From positions 2,912,001 to 2,976,000 of the forward strand of contig CP067995.1 of the NCBI GenBank assembly GCA_045159875.1: 64,000 nucleotides of DNA. Direction: 5' to 3'. Shown here in pieces: positions 61,584 to 64,000 of this stretch. Positions within the stretch are counted from its first letter, which is position 1. Each line of letters opens with the position of its first letter. Origin of the DNA: a cyanobacterium endosymbiont of Rhopalodia gibba. GTDB lineage: Bacteria > Cyanobacteriota > Cyanobacteriia > Cyanobacteriales > Microcystaceae. A model generated the notes under the pieces. That model was not told the origin of the DNA and ran no database searches. It worked only from the letters and a program-made list of their open reading frames with translations. The position numbers and the translations under genes are program-made.

Positions 61584-62313
61584 ATTTTAAAACTAATTAT
61601 CACACTGTAATTTTTTGCAATTTTGTTATTAGATAATTATTTTTTAAACTACGATAAATTAGGACATTTAATTAAAGTCTTTTTTCTTTTGATATATTTT
61701 AATAACTTCTTTGAGCCTAAATATGCTCTCGTATAAATAATAATAGGATTAACTTTAATATGATAATACTATGTAACATAGTAACAAGCTTCTAAAAGTA
61801 AATTTATATTTTTAGCTAAATCTAAAAATAGTTTATTATAGGCAATAAAGCTGAAAATAATAAAATTAACTGTATACACTTTTGGCTGTATTCCTAAATC
61901 TAACCTTTAATAATTATTAAATTATTTAAATTCATAATCTCTAATTTTGTAGCGTGATAAATGACTATTTATTTATCTCTCAATTTTATTTTAATTTCCT
62001 AAAAAAGAACTATTTAAAAGTAAAACTATTCATCTGCTTAGTCCCCAGCTTAAAAAGTTTATTTATAACACATTGTGGATCTTAAAAATATTAATAACTA
62101 ATCACTTTTAAAGAGATGCTTTTGCTATTGCTAAAAATGTCATAAAAATACTTCTATTAAACCATCCAACGAGTTGAGAATACATTCTGACGACATTCAG
62201 ATAGAATACTGTTAATATAAAGTTCTTCAACATTTAGATCTTAAATATTGACAAAACTCGATGTCCTTAATGGCATTGGTTTTGTCATGCACTTTGATTG
62301 ATAACCAGAAATT

Positions 62314-63141
62314 ATGACTGGAAAAGTATTTGATGGTAATCCAGCCGCCTTTCTCATTCTTGTCCTTCCTCTAGCGGCAGGGATCGTTATTTTGTATAAA
62401 GCTTGGTTATGGATTTTAGGGGTAGTGGTTTTAACTATCCTCTGGAAAGCTTGGAATAATTACCAATGGCAACAGTGGTGTTTTCAGATTAACCCGGTTT
62501 TTAATGAGTTGCTACAAGTAAACCAGGGATGTCTCACTCCAATGGATTTGTCCTTAAAAGCTAATCTCTCTGCTAGAAGTTCTAACCGATTTCTTTCCAA
62601 GAAAGCTCAGGAATACGGGGCTTATTGCAAAGAATTATCGGATAAAGGTACGGTTTATTATTTCATTACCGCTAGTACTCTAGGTAGTATTTTTGACAAC
62701 AGTGAGCCTGAAGAGTCAGAAGATGTTGACCCCATAGCTAACAGCATTGACTCTGATGTCATGTTAAAAATTCCCAAAACTAAGCAAGATAGACTTTCGG
62801 ACGCAGCGGTAAGGGTTTTTCCTCAACTAGCTGAACTTGAAGAAGAACAACAAAAATTAAGCCAATCCGCTACTAAGATATTTGCTAATCTGGAACTGGA
62901 AACAATTACTCAGACGCACTTAGAACGTTCATTAACCGAAGAGGCATCGGCTAAAATACCTTCTGAATTATCTTTAATCCAAGTAGATTTAGCTAAGCGT
63001 TTGGACACGACCCCAAGTACTATTAGAAGACGAAAAAGCGATCCTAGCTTTCCTCAATGGAGTCAAAGTAAAGATCCCGAAGGAATCGCTTGGAAATATC
63101 TACAAAAATTAAGACTGTTTGTTCCAGTAGATATTAAGTGA
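62314..63141 (+). CDS. Conserved cyanobacterial membrane protein with C-terminal HTH-like segment
   Basis: N-terminal TM segments; C-terminal LIQVDLAKRLDTTPSTIRRRK...WSQSKDPEGIAWKY. Confidence 0.8.
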   Translation: MTGKVFDGNPAAFLILVLPLAAGIVILYKAWLWILGVVVLTILWKAWNNYQWQQWCFQINPVFNELLQVNQGCLTPMDLSLKANLSARSSNRFLSKKAQEYGAYCKELSDKGTVYYFITASTLGSIFDNSEPEESEDVDPIANSIDSDVMLKIPKTKQDRLSDAAVRVFPQLAELEEEQQKLSQSATKIFANLELETITQTHLERSLTEEASAKIPSELSLIQVDLAKRLDTTPSTIRRRKSDPSFPQWSQSKDPEGIAWKYLQKLRLFVPVDIK

Positions 63142-63270
63142 TATGTCAACGGGGATGGGGAACAGATAACGATCTAAAACGTTTTCATACAAAAGACATA
63201 AAGTGAAGAAAAACGGTTCCCTGTTTTCGATTCTTTACCTCTACTGAAAACTTTTTGTTACGGATACGAC

Positions 63271-64000
63271 TTAAAGTTTTGGTAAATGAGTCACTGGATC
63301 TTGAGCAACCCAACCTACGGGGAACTTATAACGAACTTCAAAGTGTAGATGAGATTCTAATAAGTCTGGCCGTCCTGTTTTTCCTACAAGTCCTACTACA
63401 TCTCCTCCTTGAACTGTCTGACCTATCTTTACCTGAAACCGATTTAAATGAGCATAACGGGTCTGTCTGTCATCACCATGGTTTACTACAACTAAAAACC
63501 CATATGTTCCTTCCTGAGCGGCAAATACTACTTTTCCGGTATCAGCGGCCAGGACTGAAGTTCCTTCCTGAGCTAATAAATCGATTCCTCCATGAAAAAA
63601 AGATTGCCTTGTTGTTGGATTACGGTGCCATCCATAGGTTAACCCTACCCTAGCAGGGAAGGGTAAGGGATATTTCTCAAGTCCCATATAGTCTTTTTGC
63701 CTAGTTTTTTCTCCAATCTGCCAATTTATCCCAGGAATATATACCACAGTAGGAATTTTGACACAACCATTAATTTCAAAAAGTACATCAGCACGAATAC
63801 CATAAGCTGTAGCTAAATCGCTCCAAGTCGCTCCACTAGGAACTTCTATTCGAATTCCATTAAACGGAGGAATTAGAACTTTCTGCCCGACCCGAACTGA
63901 TCTTTTTTTTAGATTTGGATTAAGTCTTATTAAAGTTTCGGGAATTAAATTATAATTTTGAGCGATACTAGATAGGCTTTCTCCTGAAACAACTTGATGA
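63271..64000 (-). CDS. LysM/M23-family peptidase, 5' end outside window
   Basis: Frame is open to the window end (HQVVSGESLSSIAQNYNL, LysM). M23 motifs FHGGIDL, TRYAHL and HLHFEVR. Confidence 0.92.
   Translation of the reverse strand, partial: HQVVSGESLSSIAQNYNLIPETLIRLNPNLKKRSVRVGQKVLIPPFNGIRIEVPSGATWSDLATAYGIRADVLFEINGCVKIPTVVYIPGINWQIGEKTRQKDYMGLEKYPLPFPARVGLTYGWHRNPTTRQSFFHGGIDLLAQEGTSVLAADTGKVVFAAQEGTYGFLVVVNHGDDRQTRYAHLNRFQVKIGQTVQGGDVVGLVGKTGRPDLLESHLHFEVRYKFPVGWVAQDPVTHLPKL

Overview
This is a cyanobacterial chromosome segment of Crocosphaera/Cyanothece type in an advanced state of genome decay. About 26 intact CDSs cover only ~47% of the window (my sum of ORF lengths) and are separated by kilobase-scale AT-rich spacers containing eroded genes. 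Intact genes are housekeeping or metabolic: carA, purE, nagA, accC, pgi, thiC with a TPP riboswitch, cbiX, lexA, recR, Fd-GOGAT, a DnaJ-type protein, tRNA-Gln and several conserved DUF proteins. Photosynthesis genes are pseudogenes (chlP, apcB, apcC; no apcA seen), as are Crp, GNAT, PRTase, VapC, pentapeptide-repeat and IS630 genes. This fits a non-photosynthetic endosymbiont such as a rhopalodiacean diatom spheroid body (inference). The most unusual signal is a set of ~12 sequence-unrelated, near-perfect 27-47 bp palindromes in the decayed DNA. Two lie inside recognisable pseudogenes and appear to have formed in place from old coding sequence. Other notable observations are an eroded cobalamin riboswitch before cbiX, HIP1 sites decaying by C->T change, and an intact Pitt-like TPR gene despite loss of chlP. 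All family calls are from recalled motifs; no database search was run. No CRISPR array or defence system was seen.
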